This document shows positions 22,222 through 33,000 of a stretch of 64,000 nt of DNA, piece after piece (within the stretch, counting starts at the first letter, position 1; each line of letters starts with the position of its first letter). Source of the stretch: Lingula anatina (Eukaryota; Animalia; Brachiopoda); contig CM120644.1 of NCBI GenBank assembly GCA_051362555.1, positions 20,110,534 through 20,174,533 on the forward strand, given 5' to 3'. The position numbers were made by a program, and so were the translations under genes. Below the pieces are notes generated by a model, which worked only from the letters and a program-made list of their open reading frames with translations, ran no database searches and had not been told where the DNA came from.

Positions 22222-24099
22222 TTAAAAAAATAATTTAATAATGATAATAGTTTAATAATGTTTATTCAGCTTATATATGTACAAAATATAAATCAGAAAT
22301 TTGAATACCAAAGAAGCTCTTTAAAGTGAAAAAAAGTAACGATAATTATAAAATCCTGAAGTTTAGGATATAAAAATAAAGTGGTTAATAAGATATTGCA
22401 TTTAAAGATAATTAGAATCAAAACTTTATTTAATAAAAAATATCTTACTGCCTTTGAAAGTTTAAAGTCAACAACACATAAAAAACGCGACTCTGGTAGA
22501 TACTGTTTCATCTATCTACTTGTACAAATTCTAAGAAAACGATTTGCAGTAGCAAAACGGGTGCTTCTTCAGGTGTGCAAACTACTGGTACGCCTTCACA
22601 ATGAATAACGATTCAGTTGATGATTGTTTATAATTAGTAGTTGGATGTGCTTGGGTTTGGGTGTCATCTTGGGTGTTAGCATATTATGGTAGTGTAGCAT
22701 GAAATATCACATGCATGATAAACAGCAGAGAGAGACAAAATGACAATTCTATGTATAAGATGCATTTTAAAATGTGATCAAATATTTACTAAAGAACAAA
22801 CAAAAACTGATACTTGGTCTTATAGAGAAATCAATCATTAGTTCATGCAGATGCTATATATATACCCAGTGCATATTCTATTAATTTCTAACATATTTAA
22901 GAATAATAATATAATATAACAGTATGGAATATTTGTGATTGAAGTATTAATGTTGTGTGTGGTACCACATAAAGAGTTTATGTACTAAATTTCAATTCAA
23001 GCTATGACATAGGTTTTGAAATAAAACACTTTAAATTTGCTGCAAACCTTATTGATAACCCCTTGAAGATCTAAACAAAAACTAGAAGTGCATCATGATA
23101 CCAGTCTCAGTATTTGAGAAGCTGCTGGATTATTTCCAAATGAAGACTTTATAGCTTATACAGAAATTTAGAAAATAAGCAGATTATAGTAGTTAAGGTC
23201 AGCACATCACTCTCTTACAACTCCAGGAGAGGAAAGGGTTCAGCACACTCTCAAGACAGTTGCTGGTTCACTTTACATAAATATGCTGTGTAATATATTG
23301 TATTTAAGGCTTGGCAAAACAGTCAATCTGACATTAGAATTTTAGCATTTCCCAGAACCTTATTATCATAATAATAATAATAATTATTATTCTTTATGTT
23401 TCAGTTGCAGCCAATCTTCAGAAGATTCTAGACAAACCTCCAGCCAGCAAGTCCCTGACCTTTGCACTGGTAGGAACTTTATTTTCCAAGGCCGTGTTTA
23501 CATAATGACCAAATTGGACAGGAAATGTATTGGTTATTGTCACCAGTTGTTAATTCAGCTGTAGGGTGGGAGATGGGACTGCTATGTAATCTGGTCACCA
23601 GAGGACATCAGCAAGTTAACTCTGGTTTAAGTTGGACCTGTTGTGAACACAGTCATAATGTTGACACTAGGGGTCTCCATGGTGGATAGCCTAAATGATA
23701 TATTTGAGTTTTCTTGTCACTAACTGAAAATGGTAATTAAAAACTCACAAATGAATCCAAGAAAGATGAAGTAAGGCATAGATTCTGTGATATGATATAA
23801 TTGAACAATTGTGTATTTGTATATAACCTTTTTTTGAAGTTCCTTAAGAATTGCAGCATATATTGCATGATATTAGAAATGGTGAAATTGGAAGATGACA
23901 TTCTTTTTTCATATGGATTTAATCATCTTTACTTTTATATCCCTTTTTAAGCATTTTTCTATGCAACAATTAATATATATATATAATAATGTTTTGCAAA
24001 ATAAATTGAGACCATTTGTTAGCCTTTCTGTGATTAGTCACACAGTGAGTGAGTTCACCCTTGTGTTTATTATCTTTACTACAATTTGACACTCATTTG

Positions 24100-24135
<36 letters not shown>

Positions 24136-24305
24136 TTGTTAAGTATCTGATCTTCCTGTTATATCCTCCATTCCAGAACTCTGGTTGTGGTCCCAATGAG
24201 GTTCCAGATGACAAATCTCTGATAGGCTTTGCCCAGTTAACTCTCAGCGATGCTTCAGAAGCTGCCACAGACTCTGAACCCTCCACGCCCAACCCAGCCT
24301 CTTAG
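4307..24305 (+). CDS. OXSR1: STE20-family kinase OSR1/SPAK (fray) ortholog, 5' exons upstream of window. Exons 4307-4415, 9407-9604, 9862-9971, 10457-10558, 11746-11879, 12190-12238, 12497-12556, 16967-17089, 17779-17826, 18794-18973, 19978-20018, 20603-20655, 21841-21909, 23405-23469, 24177-24305
   Basis: In-phase GT-AG exon chain: [42 protein letters not shown]...[25 protein letters not shown]|[12 protein letters not shown]-motif [19 protein letters not shown] domain VLRLR|[13 protein letters not shown]...[28 protein letters not shown]...[12 protein letters not shown]1 cannot be distinguished from STK39 (invertebrate co-ortholog). Confidence 0.95.
5197..7390 (+). mobile_element. Non-autonomous Helentron/Helitron-like element (DINE-1/HINE architecture) with internal tandem array
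   Basis: Subterminal inverted repeat ATTGTACCACCAGC (5199-5212) / GCTGGTGGTACAAT (7342-7355). 5' hairpin TGTACC.CCAGCG-TAGG-CGCTGG.GGTACA, a GC-rich CGGCTCC microsatellite, and a 3' hairpin GAGGCG-GTAT-CGCCTC (7361-7376) followed by CTAGT. Confidence 0.75.
6200..7185. repeat. 146-bp tandem repeat, ~6.8 copies, inside the Helentron-like element
   Basis: TTATCTCCAAAACTGG recurs at 6351, 6497, 6643, 6789, 6935 and 7081, with a variant near 6205. The unit contains TGACCTTGAAATTGACCTTTGACCT. Confidence 0.95.
10574..11048. repeat. Compound (TG)n microsatellite with TTTG/GAG interruptions, ~475 bp
   Basis: Direct inspection. Starts ~15 nt after the donor at 10559. Confidence 0.98.
11184..11758 (+). 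repeat. 39/38-bp tandem array of a 3' splice-site junction, 15 copies; last copy is the real acceptor of exon 11746
   Basis: Unit TGTTTTGATCTGAATATTGTGTGTAG|GTTTTAATGCTGA. AG ends at 11202, 11241, 11279, 11318, 11357, 11395, 11434, 11473, 11511, 11550, 11589, 11628, 11667, 11706 and 11745. Confidence 0.95.
12575..12758. mobile_element. Palindromic MITE (PIF/Harbinger-like family, degenerate copy)
   Basis: Long imperfect inverted arms TTCAGAACA...CAGATCAAATATGGCTGACCCACT / AGTGGGTCACCATATTTGATCTG...TGTTCTGAA. Related to 21148-21329 and 45104-45308. Confidence 0.6.
13250..13926. repeat. ~160-177-bp tandem repeat, 4 copies, immediately upstream of the nested UGT
   Basis: Units begin AAGAAT(A/C)CTTTTTT at ~13250, 13427, 13586 and 13763. 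Copies 2 and 4 lack an ~20-nt segment (alternating pattern). Confidence 0.95.
14084..15664 (+). CDS. UDP-glucuronosyltransferase/UDP-glycosyltransferase (GT1, animal membrane type), intronless, nested in kinase intron 12557-16966
   Basis: 526 aa from ATG 14084. Signal peptide ending [24 protein letters not shown], signature [10 protein letters not shown]...[40 protein letters not shown] plus TM helix, and a C-terminal dilysine KKLKTA. AATAAA at 15735. Confidence 0.96.
   Translation: MDGRAHIYMALMIVMLNICKGEKILLFPFSQIFNSRTMNVEKIAILLRDSNHSVSMLVSDHYQPSRNIDSVHLIRYKMPEVWINQGGELDLTTALSYIDQPAIPLLRDTDIMEFTLCDALFGDQTLIQSLKQENFSLYFFDFVNFGPGIFLNEYLQVPSIAYSNYGFWNSWWVFHQPIFYSYMPFPLGSLSDHMTFWERIQNIYDHWEGMKWMNDKIEDLERKRWEYFPNEKWPHMRHAFERVSLVIAANVHFAFNYPCPVMPHVKPIPGLLWTPPQPLSQYYSDMVSWADHGIVLMSFGTLVPTMLEEKAELFARVFAKLPQKVLWRYKGTPPKFLGRNTHLVEWFPQNDLLAHTATRLFISHCGVSSTWETLYHAVPVVAIPLLFDQHHHARTLTDRAGVGVRLAFSTLTEDILEMAIRSVLGNKVFKENAVKLSELLKDTPMSGQDELLYWINYVMRHNGSSHFHSQAAYRLNWVQYFLLDVAALMAVLAFTVILAVVLMVIFVHKLSKNILPLLFKKKLKTA
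19989..20256 (+). repeat. 39-bp tandem array of a 5' splice-site junction, 7 copies; first copy is the real donor of exon 19978-20018
   Basis: Unit TGTCACATACAGTATGGTGCTAAGACTGAG|GTAAGTGAT. Donor positions are 20019, 20058, 20097, 20136, 20175 (G>T), 20214 and 20253 (GTAAAT). Confidence 0.95.
21148..21329. mobile_element. PIF/Harbinger (Tourist-like) MITE
   Basis: TTA duplicated at 21145-21147 and 21330-21332. Imperfect TIRs GGCTCCATTCAGAA / TTCTGAATGCGGTC. Confidence 0.65.
21488..21907 (+). repeat. 98-bp tandem array of acceptor + near-complete exon, 3 defective copies followed by the real exon 21841-21909
   Basis: AG|ACACAGCAGACAGTGTGTCCAGAGAG after 21545, 21643, 21741 (+1 G) and 21840. 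Units are bounded by GGACACTATAGT. Confidence 0.93.
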
Positions 24306-27121
24306 CCATGGGTCACCAGAATGAGGTCAAAGAACGGAGTATGTGCCAGTGTGGCCAGAGGGGGATGCCCTCTGCACCTGCAGGAAGCTAAAGCTATGGG
24401 ACCTTTGGGTCAAAAACTCTGAATTCATGGAATCATATACCATTAATTGATTGTTTTCTTACAGCCAGAACAAAAATTCTCATTAACATGTAGACATTTA
24501 TTAAAATACATGATATCTAAAGACTAATTTGATGGCAGTTTAACAACCAAAGTCTTGCAGTACTGTTGTCTTTCTGATGACAACACAGTGTCATTGAGAA
24601 TTGTTGCTGAGACTACTTACAGCCATATTAACTTTCTGACTAATATACAGTATGAAGCAGTCATCTGTATCATTCACAGATGTGCTGTATTCATTGGTTC
24701 ATGGCACTGGAACAGTTGTCATTGTCCATGCTGTGTTCTCTGTGATGTTAGTTTGTTATCAAGACTCTGGTTGAAGTGTCTGTACACTAAGTGTTCATGA
24801 ACCAACACAACCAACATGAGAAATCCTCTCACCATGTTATCAAATGCTACTAACCTCTGCTTCATTAAAAAAAAGGACTAAATGAAGTATTTACAGAAAT
24901 CCCGAATATTCTCTTTGTTCCTATCCCAAGGGGATAAGTGTATCTACCTTGCACGTCATGTACACATGTTACAGAATCCATTGGATTTTTCATTCTGTGC
25001 TTTACTTACACTCCTTATATCCACATTGGACAGATTGCTTGTGTATAAGAAAAACAGATGAACCATCTTTATGAAAGGCAATTTTTGCAACAATACTCCC
25101 CATTGCAGTATCACTGTAAAAGCTTGTCCCCAGCATCTGTCAGTAGGACCATGTGTCTGTCTCACAGAACAACTGGAGCCCCAAGAAACATTGGAACTAA
25201 AGCCGTTGCCTTCTAAAGCCTAAGAAAATTGGCCTTTGTCTCATAAATGAAATATTGTGCCTGTTTTATATCAAGAAAGAAATGTCAAATATGTCAGGAC
25301 ATTACTTTGTACCTTATTTCAGTGGACTACTATTGATGTTATCTTGAACTGAATTGGTTTAGAAGAATTTAGTTTAAGTGAAAGTTATTTTGTGGGATCA
25401 AGGCCCTGGCATCCCCAGCTTTATCACTGCCTTACACAGACACTACTTGACTGGAGCCGTACTTTGAACATGGGCATTTTCTTTCTATCTGCACACACCA
25501 AGCATTTGTACACAGTTCCTGGCAAAATTCATTTAAGGACAAAGAGAGTCAAGATTAAAAAAATATTCAGCCCAGCATATTCATTATCACAGACTGCTCA
25601 GTTTTAAGCACATTCATTATAAAGACCTGAAAGAAAGATATTCAAGATATTCAACAGACCACATTGACTGTAACAGAGAAGAAGGGTGAATTCGCCAAAG
25701 ATGAGGTGACACGTAGTTCTACGTTTGGTATATCACCTTTCTGCATATGGTGAAACTTTTGTTTGAAAAAAGAGAAAAGTGAATTAGAGTGAGGAAGCAA
25801 GTATATGATATATTTCTGATGATTTCTTAGCACATTGAATTTGATGTCAGGAAGCACTGAGTTTGTTTATTTACTTATTTCAAAGAGGACTGGTAGTCCA
25901 TAAATGAAGGGAAATGTAATTAATATTATGAGCTCAAATGGTTTGTTACGTTGTTTAGTTATGTCACGTTTGTTTCAAAGTATCTAGAGCTGAATAAAGG
26001 AACGCCAAGGGTGGGGCTAAGCTTTGATTCGTACTGTTCAGAGAGATGTATTGTTGCCAGTGGTTTGCCAGTGATTCCTGGTCTCATTACTGTGGCGGTG
26101 TGTGATACTTCAGAAGGCCTTCATTGGCCACGCCTTGTAAGATGAAACAGTGTTAACAGAAAAAAAGAAATAAAAGTCGACAAACATTTTGTCAGAAAAG
26201 AGTGGTCTTTTAGTAAATATAAGTACATATATCCAAATAATCCAAAATAGATAAAAGGCGACTAAGAAACTTGACAGACAAGCATCACTGTACGTTAGCG
26301 GTTCAACGTGAAATTGTTTTTATACTTTAAATGCATAAAAATCTCAGAACACGTTTGGCTTTTAATTTACATCCTGAATAAATTTTAGCTACATATATAT
26401 TATTACATACATATATTTACATTATATTGTAAATTGAACCTTAAGAGTCCGGACTTCTTTAGACTTTACGCAACGTATCATGAAGAGTTACAAACTATAC
26501 ACAGAGACATTACGTGAAATTACCGAAAATGCTCGTGAAAAATGATGTGCTTACGTCCCCGAAACTGAGTGGGTGATTTCAAACTCTGGTCTATACTTGA
26601 TTGCCTGGCGTTTTGGTCCTAAAAGATGAATTCACACTTAACCCGACAAAATATAACCTATTAATGTTTCAAGTAGTATGATTCAAAGGAATATGTCACA
26701 GGATTTCGTTACATATTTCCTGAAAAATGATGTTTGCACTTATTTTGCTTTCTTTCGTCGCTCTGTGGAAAAATTCAGGGGGGAGGGGTGCTCACTCATA
26801 TTTCAACGATAAAATTAATAAGCTGAAAAACGATTGACAGAAAAGAGAATAAAAGTAAGTTTTCAGAATTATACCATTATACAAATTGAATTAACATTTT
26901 ATAATCTACAATTAAAATAACAAATATTTCAAGGTTGTGGCTTGAAGACCTAAGCAAAATTATCAGTCTGATATGGACAAATAGACAACGCTAGGCCTAT
27001 TTCTACAGTATGTGTAAGGTTTTTCCAAGAGTTGTCGGAGTTTGTTATTTGCACCAAGAGTTCGTTGGTCTAGCGATATTTGTCATATTTATCAGACCTG
27101 CCGGTCAGATTCAGTATTTAA

Positions 27122-27446
27122 AAGGATAATAACTGTTCATTTTGGAAAAAAAAATCCTGGGGTAAACGATAATTTCCCCATACTTACAATGGTTAATGAA
27201 TCCATTTCTCAAAGTTTGTACCTGTTTTTTTTAAGTGTGTGTCTGTTTCTTGTAATAATCTCTTAAGAGATAATTACAGAGTATAGCCATCTATAGAGGT
27301 CACGTGGTCCAGTGACAAACACAGATTTCAAAATAATTGCTATAAGTGCCGTTTTTGTGGTAAAATAGAATATATTATATTTCTATGAGTTGTTTACAAT
27401 GTATTTATTGTGAAATATAGAACTCTCACGAAGAGTTGTCACCCCA
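27122..27446. mobile_element. Non-autonomous Kolobok-like MITE (TTAA-flanked), inverted relative to 37034-37392
   Basis: TTAA on both sides. The sequence aligns by eye over ~320 bp to the reverse complement of 37034-37392 (e.g. TAATAATCTCTTAAGAGA, CCATCTAT.GAGGTCACGTG, TACAATGTATTTATTGTGAAATAT). Confidence 0.7.
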
Positions 27447-27762
27447 TTAATCTTCATATTTTAATCGTTCAAGATTTAATGCGTCCACTTCTGCAGACAA
27501 TTCTTCAGTTTGCTTTCCCTCGGTTCCTTACAATGCACGGTCTCTTTGTGTTTTAAATAAACTGAATTACTCCTTTCAATGTATTTTCTTTTATTCGTAA
27601 AATCCTCAGCAACAACAAACCGTCACTTGCGTCGCATTTTAACATGGACACACATTAAAATAGGTCCGTCAGACGCTGAGTAGGTGTAAATAACCAGATT
27701 AACCCACGTCATGATGTAAGACAGACCCATCTGTAGATCAGTCAGGTTAACCAACCTTAAAA

Positions 27763-28103
27763 ATGACAGACTACACGTTCACTATCATTGCAGGGCTCGT
27801 GGTGATTCTGTTGGCTTTAGTCTCGCTCTACTGGTCGAAATACAAGGTAGGGAATATTGCTTTAACCCATGCTCGTCCTATACATATGTGCCTGCATATT
27901 CCTGTGAGTGTGAGTGGAGCTTTGGACACGTCCCGGGCCAGAGATATCATCTTCATTCCCAATATGCTGGTATACATATAAACATTGGTCACAGTGTATG
28001 CATGATGGATATAATATTTCTCAGGTGTGGTTACCGTAACGTACCCCCCCCCACGTGCTGCAGCTGTACATGTGGGTCTTCCATGTCAGCAAGTAACCCC
28101 CCA

Positions 28104-28161
<58 letters not shown>

Positions 28162-29155
28162 CACACACACTTCACTAAAATGTACTATAGGTGCCAACTT
28201 TCTGCTAGTCACTCGGATCAAATATGCACTATGTAGAGTTACAAGGGACACATGTATATGCCGGATACCGGTATTCATAGATGATCCCTATGCGCCATAA
28301 TGCGGGTTTAACCTATTTGCACATAGCACCTGTGCACTGGTGAACGGTGGAGACTGTTATTTATCATATATAAACAGAACAACATCATGTAAGATAAGAC
28401 ATACATTTCACTGGGTTAGGCTGAATATCACCTGCTGGAAATGAACCCAAGACCTCCACGACCGGTAGAATGCGGGCCTTTTTATGGCGAGTATTGTCCT
28501 TGGAATTTATCATGATCGAGTTCTAATTCCCGAGTCTCTTGGTTTATTCGGTTTATTAAATGTAGCTCATGCTAAAAATGCAAACAAATAAGATGAGGTT
28601 AGACCATGTCATTTAGCTTCGCGTTACTTTCAAGATGCGTGCGGCTGTCAAAACTCGTAGCTGTGAAGGCCCACGTTATTTACTGTGCATTACTTATTTA
28701 TATATATATATATATTTCAGTCTCGGCAAACAAGTGCGGTCCAAGGCTCAGAGAAGATTCTGGGACTAAAGCCAAAACATCCAAAGTAGGTTTTACGTAC
28801 CTTCATGTTTGTTACCTTGTATGGGAATTATTAGACCAGGCTACTATAATATGAATAACCTGTAACGAGTGTGCTATTATTTTTCCGTGTCTCACCAGCT
28901 TTTACATCACCTCATATCTTTTTGGTGAAGAAGTATTTTACCAGCTATTCTACCAGCTATTTAGACTGATGCATATATGCGTAGCTATTTCAAAATGTTC
29001 TCGCAATATTATTATTATTTTTTTTATATAAAAAAAGATGTTTAGATTAATTTTATTATTTAATGGATGGGGGTGTATAAATTGAAAAAATAATAAAAGC
29101 GTTTTCTCACTGCGCTTTACCCACTTTGTACTTACGGTGTTCTGAAACCCACGCA

Positions 29156-29186
<31 letters not shown>

Positions 29187-29962
29187 GTGTACACACACAC
29201 ACATATATATATATATAAATAACACTACTGTGTAGTGACAACATTCTGTGAGTGTGCTGTACCGGAGATAATTTTACTTTTCAATTAAAATTCAATTAAA
29301 TAAAACCATATAGTAAAGTGTAGTTTTCCGCCCCAGATAAGGAAACCTGGACGATGTCAAGGCACATAGAAGTATGCAGGAGTTTCTCGTATGGCTTCAT
29401 CAGGAATTCGGCCCCATCGCCAAATTTTGGTACGGAGAACAGTTTGTGGTGAGCGTAGCCTCACCAGAGCTGCTGAAGCAGCATGGCAACTTGTTCGACA
29501 GACCTGGTAACTACAAGGATTTCTTCTTTAGGTTATTTTAAAGAATGGGATTTCTTAAACATAAAAATTACACCTGCAAGTCAATAAAACCTACAGCCCT
29601 CCAAATAACGTGTAAGTAAGGCATGTTGTTGTTGTTAAGACACGATATAAACGTAAGATCTTTATGTGACCTTAAATATAATTTTCCTGGAAATTAAATA
29701 TTCAAAACATATACAATACATAAACAGCCATAAACAGCGTTTTTGTACACTTAAATTATTATGAAGGGAAAGGAGATAATAAATCATTTAACGAAGTAAC
29801 TTTCATCATCGTAGATTTATTTCTGAAATCCGCTGAGGCAATTCTTGAGCCGCAGAGCGTTCAGTTCACCAACGGCGAGGAGGGGAGACGCAGAAGAAGG
29901 ATTTACGACAAATGTTATAGCCACACCATCGTGATGGACTTCCTGCCAACTATACAACAGGT

Positions 29963-30007
<45 letters not shown>

Positions 30008-33000
30008 CCACACCTTGTATAGTCCAGACTGGGCTAGGTGAAATAATACAAAATACCGGTATATGTTCAAGCTCGTGATTGAATAATTGTTTTTGGTTTT
30101 ATCAATGTCTCGGCTAAATCTATTTCACTTTTATTCTAATTATACTCTCTCTCAGTTTCTTTCTCTCTCTCTCTCCTTTTTTCCTTCACCCAAGACATAT
30201 TCTCTGCCACTGTGACCACATTTCATGTTAGCAATCTCTGTCAATAAGGGTAATGTGCCATAGGCTGCGGTGTGTTGATTTTGACACTGTCTCAACCATG
30301 ATTGTGACGGACTCCACAGAAATCACACAATTGTGTTAGTGAAGACAACGTGAGACCAGTGGATTGGGTCCCTCCCAGAGTTGACCCTGTGGAGGGCCCC
30401 TCTTGGTCTACACGGCCCCGTCGGGACTAATATAAAACGGATAAAAACATTGTCTTGCTATAAGATGATAATGCCACATCAATTTAAATTCGGTTGGTTT
30501 TGCTAATTCGAGCTGATGACATAACAGCAGCGTATTTGAGGGGGGAGGGGTCAAATATCAATTTCAAACATATGTTCCTCACCTGAACAGTTACCAAAGG
30601 CCTATTTAATCGTAACAATAAGTACTCCGAGTGCGTGATGTGGAGAATGAAATAACAAAATGACGTTTATCTAAAAGAGTTTACTTTTATGCTCTCCTTT
30701 GAGATGAGAATTGTATATGAAATTACAAGAAAATGATAATTTCCCAATTGTAGACCTTTAAAACGTATCAAATGCCTTTAATTATAAAGTCATTAATTCG
30801 ACAGCTGCAATCATTTATCTGCGTCTCCAAGTCGCCAATGGCAATTTTATTTACAAGGCCTGAAGAAAGCTACGAGGCCGTCTGGAGACAGCAGCCTCTT
30901 TCAACCCCTATGTTTCTTTTCGTATTTGGGACGCTGTTTAAAGATAAATTATGTCCACTTTTCAATCCACATGTAGGCATTGCTGACGTCTACAGATAGA
31001 TGCTGTGGGCTTCATATATCTGTACATTATTTGGTTCTGTCTCGTCATGATTGTGACGGGGTCCACAAATTTCATCAAAATGTGCTAGTGAAGACAGCAA
31101 TGAATGATAGAGGTTTGCTCATCAATGCGCATTCGCATATCTACATGTCTTGATTTCATAAATGTGCAACTTATATTTTCCAAGTGTTTAAAAAAACACT
31201 GGACAGCTTTTCAGTTGGTGGGACTGTCGTCAGGTTAGTGTCTGTTGAATCTGTTGTTGAGTGGCGCAAATATATGCTCTTATATTAAATGGAAGAAAAA
31301 CAAGGGAAATGTTAGTACATCTCAGGAGTTAAAATACAAAACACCGCTCTGTTTAGAGAATTCTGTGTTAAGGAGAGTAGAGGAGTGTAAACTCCTGGAA
31401 TTTCGTATGGAAAGACAACATCGAGAAGAGCACAAATAAGAACAATTAAAAGACTGCCCTGTTAAGATCACTGTGAAACTTGACAAACAATAAGAGCCTT
31501 TTAAATAAGCTTAATTAGTATAAATGTGTTCTTGAGAGCATTTGAACGTTTGGTATTAGCACATTGTTACTAATGTTATCAACACCGTCAGTCAAATAAA
31601 CAGGAAAGATATCCCGGCTGAATGGCATCACAAAAGAATGGAGAAAACAACAAAACGAACCATGTGAGACCCCACCCATTCAGACAATTTTTTCTTTTTT
31701 ACATTATTGTCTTACCGTATAATGATAGAGTTTTGATTTTTAATGGAGCAAACGTATTTGAAAAAGTGTTTTATCCCTGTGTAGTATCCAAGTTCCACTT
31801 AGGCTAATTCATAAACACTTTTATTATTTTTAGTTGTTAATGTTGGTCCTTAGCTCTCAAGGGGGAATGGTTTTCGATACTTGTATATGCTTAGTGGTGT
31901 AATAAATACTTATAGACTATTATGCCATTGAAGAAAGTGGTGTTATGGCTGTGAGGGTCCATTGCAAGGTACCTGTCACCTGCCCACTTATTCTATTCTA
32001 TTCTATTCAGCATTGTGAAGAGCTGATAGAGCGCTGGGCCGGCTACCCCCCAGGTCAACACATCGACTGCCTTGAGGAAGGCCAGGAGATTATCGTGAAG
32101 ATAGCCGCTGAGAATGCGATTGGGGCTGATTTCTTTCAGGATGAACAACACTTGAAGGAACTAGTCAGAGCCTTGAAAACGGTAAATCATTAATGCTTAC
32201 AAAGATTGCCCTTGAGAGTACTCCGTATACCATACAGCAGTAGAGTTAAAGGTTGCTCCGTCGGTTAAAATTGAATGAGACAGTTTTAGAGGTTCGTGAG
32301 ATCGCAGTTGGGGTTTTTTCGTGCCAAAAAAAGCAACTTAATAATTTGCTAAAATGATAGATGTTTAACCTCTGCTTATCTTAACTGGTGTCCATATTTT
32401 TCCCAGGCGGACAAAGACCTGACGGACCGTCTTCTGGACTCACAGCGAGGCAGCAGTGTGGAGTTTGAGAACGGTACATAGTGGCACAGTGTATGGGCAG
32501 TATACTACGCCACCCAGTGAATTAGAGCTTATTACTTTAGGCTTAATACAAGAGAATATTGACTCCGTATCAAACTGGCCATCTTAATGCAGTATTTGAT
32601 GTATATGCCCAATACTAAATTAGTTTTTATATACTTAACGTGGGGTGCTATAGGATTTTCCCGTGAACAGTCATACAAGACAGTAGTTTTTTCCGACTTA
32701 AGTCATCTTATGATTTCTGTCTCCTGACACTTGCCAAAGCTCCGTAACAATCTGGGAAAATTATAAAGTCCATAACCCACGCATGCGCTTAAAGAATTGT
32801 TTTTCAAATTCCGACATCCCTTTCAGCTCAATATTTGCACTTACTATCTATCGGCTTCCGCGCGATTAAAAGCTGATGGTTGACGGGCGGCGAGCTTCGT
32901 CAGGGTGTGGTAAATTTGATATTTTGCGACATAAGTTCCTGCCAATTATTTTGTTAAAGCATTAGCAAAAGATATTACTTGTCCTCAAATAAGTTTTTAC

